The notes under the pieces were generated by a model. It was not told the DNA's origin and searched no databases. It worked only from the letters and a program-made list of their open reading frames with translations. A DNA stretch of 64,000 bases from the human T2T-CHM13v2.0 reference genome, Homo sapiens, in assembly GCF_009914755.1 (NCBI RefSeq), contig NC_060928.1. The stretch is one strand, 5' to 3'. The position numbers and the translations under genes are program-made. Shown here one piece after another: positions 43,535-56,400 of this stretch; the first letter of the stretch is position 1, and every line of letters starts with the position of its first letter.

Positions 43535-43765
43535 ACAAGGACCTTGTGCTCTAATTTCTAGCAACATGCCTACCTTTATCCTCCCCTAAAACTTTGCTCA
43601 CCACCCACACTGAAAGACACTTGCTCCCACAGGGTTCCTGCCAACCACCTCATGCAGGGGGCTTTGCACATGCATGTCCCTCTCCCTAGAATGTCACCCT
43701 TCCAGCCTCAGCTCAAATGCCATCCACTCTGTGAACATTTCTTTGAATCCTCCTAATCTCACTCC
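43535..43765 (+). mobile_element. L2 fragment
   Basis: gggctttgcacatgc...ctccctagaatg...ctcagctcaaatgccatc. Confidence 0.6.
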
Positions 43766-44299
43766 CTATATACGTATCATACAATATAAATATGTTCCTG
43801 AATATATCACCTTTTTTACTGTAAATTTCAAAGGAAGAAAAGAATGGTAGATGATCTTTGGCCTACAATATTTTGCTTCTGATCTTTTTAGATTAAACAC
43901 AATTTCCAAATTTAAATATCAACTAAACCTATATCTTTATAACAATAAAGAATTCATGATTGTATACCACATTTCTTCAGATTTTTACACTTTATTATGA
44001 AATTAATCAATGGGATAAATAATATTCTGATTCAGATTATATTTTTTAAGTGATTAGATACCAGCAACACGTAAATAAATAGGTGTCACCACAATTCACA
44101 ATTTTCCAGCCAGACTTCTACATTTGGATTTATTCATTTTGAACCTCACTTTGACATACTGATGAGTCATTTGAAACTCAAGAGATCATACTATCAAAAC
44201 CCAAGATCTATAGCAAATTGTTCCTAAATAATGACAAAGATGTGATTTTAGAAAATGGAAGATTGTAAAAATAATCCTTTTATAATAATTCTATTTTGT

Positions 44300-44756
44300 C
44301 CATGCTGCTGTAGACTCCCTTTGTGGCCTGTCACCTTACCAGCTGGGGCATAGCCTCCATGCCTGTGAGTGTCAGCTGTTCACTGACCGTAGCTGCCCCC
44401 TTTTTGGTGGAATTTCCCTTGGCTAAACAGTAGCCACCTCACCAGGGACACTTCATTTCCCAAAATGCTGATGCAACCTGCCGCCAGCTAATGACCAATG
44501 GACATGGGTTATACAAGTTGGTTCCCACTTTTCTTGAGGTGGAATCAATTCTGGGATATAATTCATCCTCCAGAGGTCTGCAAGGGATTAAGCTGTTGCT
44601 AGACTCCAATTGAGACGACACCTTTACTTAGCTTCTTCCCTTGGCCTGCCCTGCATCCCTTGTTCCCTTTTTTTCTAAAACCATTTCCTCAATAAGTGGC
44701 ATGTACCCAAATCCCTGTGTCAGGCTCTACTTCAAAGACGCCCAACAGAAGAAACA
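44300..44756 (+). mobile_element. LTR16-like ERVL solo LTR
   Basis: ccagctaatgaccaatgg, ttgaggtggaatcaattctggg, ttcctcaataagtggcatgtacccaaatccctgtgtcaggctctacttc. Confidence 0.65.
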
Positions 44757-45789
44757 TGCTGCCCATGTTTCTATTCCCAACAGTAACTAAATAAATAAGT
44801 TGCTATGTTTTTCATCATTCTTCAATGGACAATTGGATTTCATTTACCGTGTTATATATATATTGAAAGGTTTGTTGTGGTGGTTTTCTTGAATAAGATT
44901 TTCCTTTATATGTTCAATTTAACTCTTTTCCAGTGAAATTGTCTTTGGTCTACTATAAAGCTTTCCTATGGCATAGGGTGGTGGTCAGGTTAAAGGGGGA
45001 ACAACTGTCCTTCTTACAGGTCGTGTAACATCTTATAATCATCAAATAAATATGGCAGAAAAATAAATATACATCGACCAAATAAATCTTTTTCTTCACG
45101 GTCATAATGGCAATGCTTATAATCTATAATTACCTACATACCTAGGCATAGCCCCATAAAGGCATATATGGTGTTCCTGTATTTTTTCTTGGTTCTCAAA
45201 GAACTTATGTAATTTTATCCCAATTTTTGTTTTTAAAGTGCTTGTTTGAAAATGGTATTAATATGAATAATTGTCAACAGTTTTCTAAATCTTTTTTTGA
45301 GAGTGCCCTCTGTCCTTTGGCTAAAATGCAAAAACAGAGCATGCTTTTTCTATTTTTACCCCTGCTGTGACCCCTCACAAGGTGAAACAGCTGCAAAGAG
45401 CTCCCAGGAATTATGTCAACACAACCCCTGGGTAGCTCAGGCTGCTTACGTTCTAGTATTAAATTCAGCTCTTCAGTTTAAAAGACAGTCAGAGGTAGAC
45501 ATATTCATCACACAACCAAATTTCTACGTGTTAATAATTTCTGTTTATTCTCCAAGTGCCTTCCACACTGAAAATGGCACAATACAGCTCAGAAGACAAG
45601 AATATAAAAAATAAGCCTATTTTAAATTAACATAAAATAATCAGACAATGCATGGAAATATTTACCCAAACATTAAGTGTAAGTTTTGCCTTCTGGATAT
45701 TTATTTTATGAACTTGGATTCGAGAATCCCCACAGACACTGTACAATTCAAAAAGTGAGAAGTTGTTTTTAAAATAGTTGTGCTTTTGT

Positions 45790-46150
45790 ACATAAACACT
45801 CTTCCATATCCTGGTAATGACTGGAGGTGCACAGGTCTTTTCATTTGTCAAAATTCAGAAAATCAGACACTTTAGTTCTGTGAATTATCTTGCATTATAT
45901 GCGATCTTTCCTTTTTAAAAATAGATACAAGCAAATACTGAACAAGATAGTTAATGCTAGATAAGTTGAAGTATTTAACCCTATATTAGCTCTGTGTACT
46001 TTGACATAGAAAGATGAATTGATTAGTGGATAGAAGGGTAGCTAGAGTGATAGATATGTAATAAAGCAGATATAACAAAATGTCAGTTACAGAATCTCAG
46101 AATCTAAGTGGTTGGAATATGGATGTTCATACAAACATTTTTATAATATA
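45790..46150 (+). mobile_element. L1ME-type 3'UTR fragment
   Basis: catttgtcaaaattcag...gatagatatgtaataaagcagatataacaaaatg...agaatctaagtggttgg. Confidence 0.5.
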
Positions 46151-47094
46151 TTGGGGAACCAATCTGTCTCAAAGAAATGAAGATATATTCTAGTGCAATG
46201 AGTTAGAATCTTCTTGCAAAACAAAGGATTTTTACCTGTGAAAATTAAGTTAATCATGTCAGAACACTGTCTAAGAATATTTGGAAAATAATTATATTAT
46301 TTTCTAATTAATATATTTATGTCAGCTTTGAACCAGAATTATACTAAGTGACTTTAAAATGCAATGATATGACTGTACGTCCATGATGGAACATAGCTTA
46401 AGAACAAAATGAGGTCCAAAAATAATCCTAGATTGCTTTATATTTTTCATAAGACTCTATTTTTATTCTGAGGCCATTGTTTGTCTTTCACCATAGGATA
46501 AAGAAAATGAGAACCATGTGTGACATTGAAAACTGGTATTTTTCTAATGAGAGAAGATATAGATGTAAGATGTCTGAGGTTAACTAAAATCCTATAATCC
46601 AGAATGTAAACTGTAAGATTTATTAAAAAGTTATGAATATTTATCCAAAATCCCACTTATCCTTTAGGTCTACCCACTGAAAAGTTAGAGAAGCATTAAA
46701 CAAAACAAAACAGAAGGAGGAAGCACCTTGGGAGTATAACTTTGGTTTCTATGTATCATCACTCACTGAAAAGAACCAGAGCTTTTCGGAGAAATGGCTG
46801 CTTTCTGGTTGCAGGCAGGGAACATGTGAAATCAATCTAGAGGATCTTGTCATACTGGAAACCAAAGATGCATTTATATCCCCCACAATGGTAATGTTCA
46901 TAAGATCCAGGAGGCAACTTGAAGAAGCACCCACTATCTGAACATGAAATAATATAAGCATCAATGATAATGATGACTACAATGAATAGATGCACACTTA
47001 CGTTTAAATCCTTGAGTTTATAATGACACTAAAACTTACAGGCAATAGAACAAATACAACATGATCCAGATATTGGAATTGGCATAAAAAGACT

Positions 47095-47878
47095 ATAGTA
47101 GGCTCCCTTATCTGTGGGCATACTTTTCAAGATCTCCAGTTGATGCCTGAAACCACAGATAATACCACACCCTATGTTAGCACTTTTCACACTATGGCTG
47201 TAACTTTTGCAGTTTGAGGTGCAGCAGCAAAATTAGCAAGAATTTCTTTTTCCTTCTTCAGTTTCATGGATAAAAAATTCATTCTTACCATAGATCTTAG
47301 CAACCTCAGCATACAATTTTTTTTCTTTCCTTATTAAGTGAAGAACTTTCACATTTTCACTTAAAGGAAACACTTTAAGGTTTCTCCATTGCACATCTGA
47401 ATTTTCAGCATCTCTACTCTTACATATTGGAGCCAGTATTGAACAAACACTGTTCTACTGGGACAGTTGATCTGATAGCTTCTTCATATCTGTTAGGCAC
47501 TAGAGAGAATGGGGAATGGGATGTGACTACTAAAGGATACTGAGTTTCCTTTTTGAGATCATGAAAATGTTCTGAAAACAGGTAATGATGATCATGGCAC
47601 GACTCTGTAGTCAACTCAAGTAGTTCTGTTAGCTACTCAATGACCAACAGGCAGGCGACACAAACAGTGTGGGTCTGCTGGACAAGGGAATGATTCACAT
47701 TCTGGGGAAGACAGGACAGGGCAGCAGGAGATTGCATCACTCTACTCAGAACAGCACACAACTTAAAACTTATAATTAGTCTATTTCTAGAGTTTTCCAT
47801 TTAATATTTTTGGACTGAGGTTTAACACAGGTAACTGAAACTGGGGAAAGTGAAACCACAAATAAGGGGCACTACTGA
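47095..47878. mobile_element. MER44 (Tigger7-derived TcMar) DNA transposon with a foreign insert at about 47481-47630
   Basis: TIR-like ends tagtaggctcccttatctgtgg / ccacaaataaggggcactactg; ctatggctgtaacttttgcagtttgagg core. Confidence 0.85.
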
Positions 47879-48367
47879 ATTATAAATATGTTCAAGGACT
47901 TTTTAAAAATTGTCATAAACAGATGTGAAATCATAAACAGCAGAAATAAAAACTAAAAAAATTAAAATTAAAAATTCCAGGGCATAACAATAAAATATCT
48001 GAAATGAAAAATTCACCAGATTGAGAAAAGACAGGAAATGATTTCCCAAAATTCAATAAAAAATAATCAGTCAATTTCTAGTTTCTCCGTGTGCATTCTA
48101 AGATCCTAGGAAACCAGCTCACAATTTAGAAAACTGGTAAATAAAAGAGTAACTGATAAATAGGAAATAGTAAGTAAAGGGAAAGAATCAAGTATCCTGC
48201 CTTTCTCCACAAATAATATCTCAGGGTAACCAAAGAGATAATGAGGAAAAAATCCTCTTAACAGAAGTTTTCTATTTAACATATGAAAAGGAATAATAGA
48301 AGTAGAATTGCTTCACTTATTAACCTCTAATTAAATAATGAATCTCAGATTTTATCATCAGTGGTTA

Positions 48368-49186
48368 CTCTTAGTTGGGTTCTGCCAAGAAAACAGCTAA
48401 TTAAGTATTCCAGAAATAAGCAATTTAATATAGGAATTAATGTTTACATTCATGTGAATGTAATGTGAATGTAACCTGCAGCAGACTGCATTCAGAAAGT
48501 TAGAAAAACAACCACAGGCCAGTCACAGTTGCTCTGGTCTGTAATCCTAGTGCTTTGAGAGGCTGAGACGGGAGGATCACTTGAAGCTAGGAGTTTGAGA
48601 CCAGCTTGGGCAACATAGCAAGACCTTGTTCTTAAAAAAAAAAATTAATTAACCATGCATAGTGGTGGGTACCTGTGGTCTCAACTACTTAGGAGGCTGA
48701 GGCGGGAGAATTCCTTGAACCCAGGAGTTCAAGGCCGCAGTGAGCTATGATCATGTCATTACATTTCAGCCTTGGAGGCAGAGTGGGATTTTGTCTTTAA
48801 AACAAGAAAAATAAAAACAACCATAAATGGCATTAGCTTGAAACAGTAGCTAGAGAAAGCAGCAGCTCATGAAAGAGTCCAAGAAATTTCTGCATCCATT
48901 ATGACTATGAAGTACCAGCTTATCAGAGATCTATGATGGTGCTACATCTGGATGCTAGTGTTGCTAAGAAGATCCTTGTAAAGAGCCCTGCAAAGCTTCC
49001 ATGACTGGCAGCCAAAATTGCTAAGAACGATTTATGTTTTACTTTTATCTTCCAAATTGTGTGTGAATTTTCCTCATTTGCAAATCCTATGAAGATTCAT
49101 TCAGGGAATATGATTCTAGAATATAGAGTTCCTAGTTTCAGAAAAGTGTAGTGATACTGCCAGGTTGACAAGAGAATTCAGCACAG
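48368..49186 (-). mobile_element. Ancient LTR (LTR78-like, uncertain), split by an AluJ
   Basis: cttagttgggttctgccaag start; gattctagaatatagagttcc...gttgacaagagaattcagcaca end. Confidence 0.35.
48517..48812 (+). mobile_element. AluJ (Jo/Jr-like)
   Basis: gggcaacatagcaagacc, ggagttcaaggccgcagtgagctatgatc; TSD AAAAACAACCACA/AAAAACAACCATA. Confidence 0.9.
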
Positions 49187-49309
49187 CTGAAAATATCGCA
49201 AAAAGAAAGACTACTGGAAATCATGTTTGTTTAGGTAGAAAAAACACAATGTTGTATATGACATGTTTCTGAAAAATCTGAACAGTCCCTTAAATTTATA
49301 TGTTTTGTA

Positions 49310-50918
49310 ATGACACTTAGGAATACATATAACAAAATATTCTAAAACTCTTCACTTAAATTTACAAAACATTTTTGAGAGAACTCAAATGAGACACAAG
49401 TAAATAATGCCATATACCATGTTTATAGATTGGAAGGTCAATACTGTTTGAATTCAATTTTATTCAAACTGGTCTACATATTCAATGCAATTCCAATAAA
49501 AATTCCAAAAATTTTTTATAAAATGAACAGCTGATACTAAAATTTACATACAAATGCAAAGAAACTAGTATAGACAAAGAATTCTTGATAAAGGAAAACA
49601 TTGTTGAAGATTCTATACTATCTTATTTTAAGATTTACCATAAAGCTACAGTAATTCAGACAATGGTATTGATACAGGAATAGACATAATATCAATGGAA
49701 CAGAAGAGAGAGCCCAGATATAGATCCAGTTCTAAGCAATCCATTCAACAAAGACAAAGGCAATACAATGGGGAAAGAAAAATCTTTGCAGAAAATTGTG
49801 CTGGAACAATTGGATAAATATATTTAACAAGTGAACATGGATCTCTACCTTATACCAGTATCAAAAAGCTAATTTGAGGTCATTGCAGATCTAAACATAA
49901 AAACTAAAATTATAGCATTTATAGAAGAAAATATAGGAGAACATTTTTATAAATTTGAGGTAGTCAAAGATTTTTAAGGCAACCCTCAAGTAATAACTAT
50001 AAAAGCAAAAATTAGATTTTTGGTTCAAAATTTTAAATTGAATTTAATCATCAAAGTCATAATGTGCTCATTAAAGTTACTGCTTTGTAAATGAAAAATA
50101 GAGTCATAAACTGGGATATAATCCTTATAGCACACACATTTGTTAAAAGGCTTGTACCTGAAACTAATAAAATGCATCTGTAAATCTAGAATGTAAAGAC
50201 AATAACCTTTAAAATTATGGGCAAATATTTAAACAGAAACTTTACTATAAAAGATATACAAATGTCCAGCAACCACTTGAAAAGTAGCTGAACCTCATTA
50301 GTTATCAAGGATATACAACTAAAACCATAGCAACTTACCACTTCACCACCCCAAAAATGGTGAAAATTGTAAAGACTGGTAAAACTAAATGTTAATGAGC
50401 ATGTAAAGTAACTGGAACTCGAATACATTTCTGGTCAAAAGGTAAAATGACATAACCAGTTTAGAAAAACATTTGGCAATTTTTATGAAGATAAATATAC
50501 ATATTCCCTATAAGCAATAAATTATCCTCTAGTTATTTGCCCAAGAAAAGTGAAAATATCAGTCCATAAAAATTAACTTATACAAAAATGGACATAGAGG
50601 ATATTTTCATAAGGATTCCAATCTAAAAGTCACCCAAATGTCCCCAGAGGAGAATTAATAAACAAATGGTGTTATAGGAATAGAACAGATGAATCTTAGC
50701 AATAAAAGCAAATGAAAAATAGGAACAGCAATATATATGAATCTTTATAACCATTATGATATGTGATGAAAGCTAGGTATAAAATTATATACACCGTGTG
50801 GTTCCATTTACATGAAGTTAAAAGACAAACAAGATTCTTCCATGGTGATAGAAATCAAAACAGAGGTTGAGAATTGCCTGAAATGGGTCATGAAATAACT
50901 TTCTGGGGTGACGGAAGA
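49310..50918 (+). mobile_element. L1ME-type ORF2 end and 3'UTR
   Basis: attcaatgcaattccaataaaaattcc, aaagctacagtaattcagac, gtgctggaacaattggata, ggttccatttacatgaagtt...ttctggggtgacgg. Confidence 0.75.
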
Positions 50919-51055
50919 ATAATCTAGGAAAATTTGCGTTAACCACTATCAAAATATGGCAAACCTATAGTAATTAATATAGTGATTTGTTGGCATAGGA
51001 ATAGACAAGCAAACCAATAGAAAAACTTGACAGCATTACATTTTTTTTAAACTAC

Positions 51056-51092
51056 TGTGTGTGTGTGTGTGTGCGTGTGTGCGTGTGTGTGC
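51056..51092. repeat. (TG)n microsatellite, interrupted
   Basis: Read directly. Confidence 0.92.
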
Positions 51093-51753
51093 ATGCTCAT
51101 GTTTATGGCTTATAATATCTACAAACATTGGCTACAATCTCAAAAAAGGACCCCCAAACCCCTTTTAACCCAAGAGCATGCTTTTGCACTCTGACAACTA
51201 AGTAATTCCCAAAATGTCCAAGTTTCCCCCTAGTGAACATATTTTTTTCTTAGTTCTAGAGTTTTCTTCAAAAGTAGTTCTTTGATTTTATTTGGCTAGT
51301 TTTGATACAACTCTTTCCAACCTTGTATCATATTTGGCACTTTTGGTAAGCATTCTTGTATATCTTGATTTTATTACCTTCTTATATTTTATAAAAGCTG
51401 CCTTTTTTCTCATGTTGGCATTTTTGCTCTCTCAATTGAATATATTTGGTTATTTTCCAGGTACCTTGGCCCTTTTGATCATTTTTCTTAGACTTTCTCT
51501 GAATCATTTCGGATTGATTTTAGACTTTCTCTCTATACTTTTATTTTTTCAGTTTTACTTTCTTTCCCCAACTATTGCCCACATTTTCTGTTAGTTTTCA
51601 TTTTCAAAATTACATAATCACAAACTAAATTCCTTTAGATTCCTTCTTGCATTAGTAGAATGTTAACACTGTTGTACACTAAGCAGTATTCCTACTAGTT
51701 CACCTACAGTTACCTCTTGCAGCACTTCTGGGTCCCAATTTAGGATAAAAAAT

Positions 51754-52251
51754 TGTCAGATGCAAAAGAAGTTCCTCTCCAAAGGTTTAGCTTGTTCAGT
51801 ATCCTTGTTCTTTGTTCCCCACTTCCAAGGCTAAACTGACTTCCTTATCCTTTGTGCCTCCCTGTCTTGGTTTAAGTAAACAACTTTCCCACCAGTCCTT
51901 GTTTACAGAGCCCACATCTGTTACCCACTCTGTAAATTACCCCTCCTGTTGCAATGGCTCTTCCTGCAGAAACTGCCCTTCTTACCAGTGTAACCACATT
52001 CCTGCACCTTTTAAGTTAGCCAATCAGGTTCAGCTTAGATTGTGGAGTCTAACTCCGGCCAGTGGAAGCAGGACACAGTAGCAGGGAGAAGCTGCGTTAA
52101 GAATAAAAACCCCTTCCCTCCTTTGTTTGGTGTGCTCTCCTGGCACCCAGGCTTGTGAGTAGTACCCTTCTGCAGAAGTAAATTTGCCTTGCTGAGAAAT
52201 CCTTTGTTTCAGTGCTCATTTTCTTTGCAATTCTGAGCCTTACTTCCAACA
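51754..52251 (+). mobile_element. LTR10-family solo LTR (ERV1)
   Basis: TG...CA, about 500 bp; agttagccaatcaggttcagcttagattg, ccttctgcagaagtaaatttgccttgctgaga. Confidence 0.75.
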
Positions 52252-52804
52252 AACACCAGGATTGTTTCCTCTCTTTTATATTAAAAATCCTTGCTCTAAA
52301 AAATTACTATTTTACCCAAAACCTTTGCTTCAATAATCACTTTTTTTGGATTATTGAGTTCCATCATAAACATTATACAGCATATCTTTTAATTTTCTCA
52401 AAACTCTTTTTCAGCTTAAATTCATTGACCTTATCACATGCTTCATAGTGATAACTGTCATAGCATTTTTATTAGTTAAACTAGGAATATTTACACAATG
52501 AGTTTATAATAATTCTTTTACTTGGCATATTATGTTCTCATGGCATTCATATTTTCCTTTACAGGCAATTCTTTTTCTAGCTACTCACATTTACTATAGC
52601 ATGCATGCATTTCTTAGAAATATCACCAGATTTTCGGTGCGGCAATCATAACACAGAATTATGGAACATTGGAAGTAAAGGTATATTTACAATTTATCAT
52701 TGCAATCTTTTGTTTTTAAAATAAAAGAACTAAGTGCAAAGTTCTAATACAGGCAACTTTCCACTGTCATACTTCAAGACCTTCTTCTCCCATTGACATG
52801 TGTA

Positions 52805-53158
52805 CATATTGTGCTTTTCAAACATTTAATTCAGTGATACATAGTATATTCACAGAGCTGTGCCATTATCATCACCTGTTTTCAGAATATTTTCATGGTT
52901 TCAAAGAAGAAAGCCAACACCCTTTAGTAGTTGCACCCCTCTCCCCTCTCTCTCTAGTGCCTGGCAACCACTAATCTACTTTCTGTGTCTATGAAATTAC
53001 TTGGCCTGAGTATTTTATATAAATGGAATCATATAATATATGGCCTTTTGTGGCTAGGTTCTTTCACTTAGCATGTTTTCAAGTCTCATGTTTTAATCGA
53101 TGCTGTAGCATGTACGAATACTTAATTCATCTTTATGGTTGAATAATACTCCATTGTA

Positions 53159-53196
<38 letters not shown>

Positions 53197-53435
53197 ACAT
53201 TTTGTTTTTCCATTCTTTATTTGATAGACATTTGAGATGTTTTTGCTTTTTGGCTATTATGAATAATGTTGCTATGAATATTAATGTACAGGTTTTTGTG
53301 GGTACTTATGTTCAATTATCTTGGGGGAATATATCCAAGAGTGAATTGTTGAATCATATAGTAATACTATGTTTCACATTTTGAGGAACTGCCAAACTGT
53401 TCTTCAAAGTGTCTGCCCCATTTACAAGCCCACAA
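52805..53435 (-). mobile_element. L1MB-type 3' end
   Basis: aattcagtgatacatagtatattcacagagctgtgc...cctggcaaccactaatctactttctgtg...ttttgaggaactgccaaactg. Confidence 0.85.
53162..53194. repeat. (AT)16 microsatellite
   Basis: Read directly. Confidence 0.95.
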
Positions 53436-56400
53436 AATTGCTCCATTTTTAAGGGCCTCTGGTTTTCATACAGAAGCACTCAATCATGATATCATACAGC
53501 CTTTAGTAAAAGTAAATCAAACAATTGAGGATCATTTACTTATTCACCCCATTGACTACAAGCAAAGCCATTCTAGCACAGCCTTTGTAAATCTGAGCCT
53601 ACTATGCTTTTATTTCTCTAACTTCCCCTATGTTTTTCAAATCCAAACTTTCACTGCCACTATTTCAATCTTTAGCATCATAACCTTGGTGCCACATTGA
53701 TCTGCTTGGAGCCCTTCCTGTAGAGGTTTGCTTGTCCCTAAATCCCTGAGTTACATCAAAGTTGAAACATTCCTTCATGAATCACTGTGAGTGTTAAACA
53801 TTGAAGCTCTGGCCCCCTGCCCTGTCCCACATGGCCTCTGTATTGCCAGCCATAAATATAGACATTAAAGTGATTTATAGATCTTGTTACCTTGTTTCAA
53901 ATTCAAAGTGGAAAAAAAGGAAACTTAAGGAATCGATGAAAATTATCAATCTCTTTTCTTAAATGTAGTTTGTTCTATGTAGGTAATTACTTAGAGTAGC
54001 AATTGAAGAGAAAGAATTACCTAGCACTGCAAAAGATATCTCTACACCTCTATTTTAGGAGACTAGTAATTTGAACACTTTTCAATCTTTCTGATCTATT
54101 TTTTTTAACTGAAGTTCACAGCATCATATGAGATACAGAAGATGGAGCTAATAAACCTTTGGCCTGCTTTCTCACCCACATATACCCTATAATTCTTTTT
54201 TGGTTTTGAATGACTTGAAAAATAGGATCCTACCATATCCTGTTGGTAATAATTTTACAGTTTAGTGGTCCTAAATGTTACACTTATTCATGCCTGATAT
54301 TCAGTTGGAGTAGATATTAATAATGCTCAATTTCCTTTTGTTTCCTTAATTTTTTTGTGCTAAAAATCACATACTTGCATGCTGTTTTATTCCTGCTTTT
54401 TAGTTAATATATGATCATGGTTTTATTTCTTTTTTTCTTCCTTTCTTACATATCTCACAATTTCCTCAGATGTCAGTTTTAAGACTTGAGAAGTGAAAAA
54501 CGAAGAGGGAAAAGATAAATACTGCTGAATTCCAGCTACATGGAAAGGTGTCTGACAGAGTGGTTCCCCAAGGAAGGCATTAACTAGCACAGAAGTAGAC
54601 ACAGCATGTGCATGAAGCCAGAGTGCTCCAGACTTGCCACAAGGTTTAGAAGTGAATTTCAAATTCCAAGAGTTGTTTTCTTTGAGGTGCTTCGAGGGAT
54701 TTGATGAGAGAGAAAACTTTCGACTACAGGTTTGTAAAAAACCCGAGGAGATTTTTAAAAGTATTCATAATTGCACAAGTTGTACATATTTCATGTTTAT
54801 TTTGCTCTTTTGGCTTTACTTTATTTGTCCCCATGTGTACACTATGGTGCTGCCCAGGAATTTATAAATTTTGATGGGAACCTGGAATTTTTAAAATTAA
54901 AAAAAAGTATGTAAATGTTAACCTTTAGGGCCCTTTTTCTTGCATTTAGGATTTACACATTGAAATCTCCTGCAGTGAAACTATATTAGATTCCACAAAT
55001 CTCACAGGTCTGATTTCTGTGTTTCTCAGGTTGTCACTGAGTTGTTTCATTGCCAAAGCTGAAATAATGGAAAACAAAACAAAACAAAAATCAAAATTAT
55101 CTGGTTAGGAAATTTTATTTGGAAATAACAAAGAATATTAAATTAAATTATGAGACTCTCAAGATTATGGTGGGTTATATGAGACTTAAGAGTTTTAGGA
55201 AACTGGTTTCTAGATGAGAGGAGCATACTTTAAAAATTGTGCTTTCCATATTTCTTTTGATAACATCATTTGAGATTAAATGTTTAATTTTATTCCTAAT
55301 GCTTTATGATTAGTATATTCAACACTTGAAATTTTGAGATTTAATTATTTAATTCATAAGGATAGATATACAAAAATCTAATTATAAATTACCTATATAC
55401 TATGTGTGTACATGTCATATTATATATGTCTATATATGCTGTGAAAATACATGTGATTAATTTAGCAAAAATCAGAATAAAAGGTGTTTTCTCTTATTTA
55501 ATTACCATCTCTATTTTCAGAAAAAGTACATTTATTTCTGATGTAATTACATTCTTTATCCATTATAATGTATCTTGTGGCTCTCTTAGCCATCTGCATA
55601 TTTCACCACATTTTAAAATGGTTGTTACAGAGTGAAAGAAAGGAAAGCATGCACGGGATAGTATGAATATGCTTATGTCCGAAGATGTTCTGAACCTAAG
55701 AATGTTTGGATTTTTAGTAAATGTATATGTGTTCTTCATTTTGAAATGAATAAGTATGTCCAACCTGAGTCTAGTAATAAGCTTTAAATCATATTGCTCT
55801 ACCATCAAATATCATTTACTCCATCATCTTTTTTATGGGAATGAGATATAATTTTGACAATACAGGTGCTCCTGTGAATGAGTCTGCCCAAAGGTGATGA
55901 GAATCTTCCAACCAAGTTTGTCAAGAGAAATACTATTTCAATATTAGTATGAATCAATTAAAGTTCCTAATTTTTTTAACAAGGAAACAAATATACTTGC
56001 CAGATTCTTTGAAAGGACCAATTATTGTCTTCGGTACCATAACAAAGATTGGCTTCTAGGCATTTCTAGATAACAATCACAATGTTACTACATTCAAAAG
56101 GATATTTAAGGCATGTACTTCAGAATAATCACATTGCTAAAGGAAAAAAATCCATAGTTTTGCATTCTGTCTATATATCATAAGTGAGTGTTACTCATAA
56201 AGGATTTGAACTCCCTAAGCATATGTGTCCACTTCCACCATTAAAGTGGATTCAGGTGCTTGGCATGACTGTCTCCAGACAGGCTTTCTTCAAATAATTG
56301 ATGGCTATGGTCTTACTGCCCCATTGAACTATATCTGGATACACTCATGTTGCTTTTACAAGAGTTTCATACAATTCCATGGTCTGCAGAACACGTGGGA

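Larger units (their letters stand above)
46550..49305 (+). mobile_element. L1MC4/L1MC5-like 3'UTR in pieces (46550-47040, 48030-48370, 49190-49305), with an L1M ORF1 piece, MER44, an LTR and an Alu in between
   Basis: aaaagaaccagagcttttcggagaaatggctg; gtaaagggaaagaatcaagtatcctgcc; ctcagggtaaccaaa. Confidence 0.55.
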
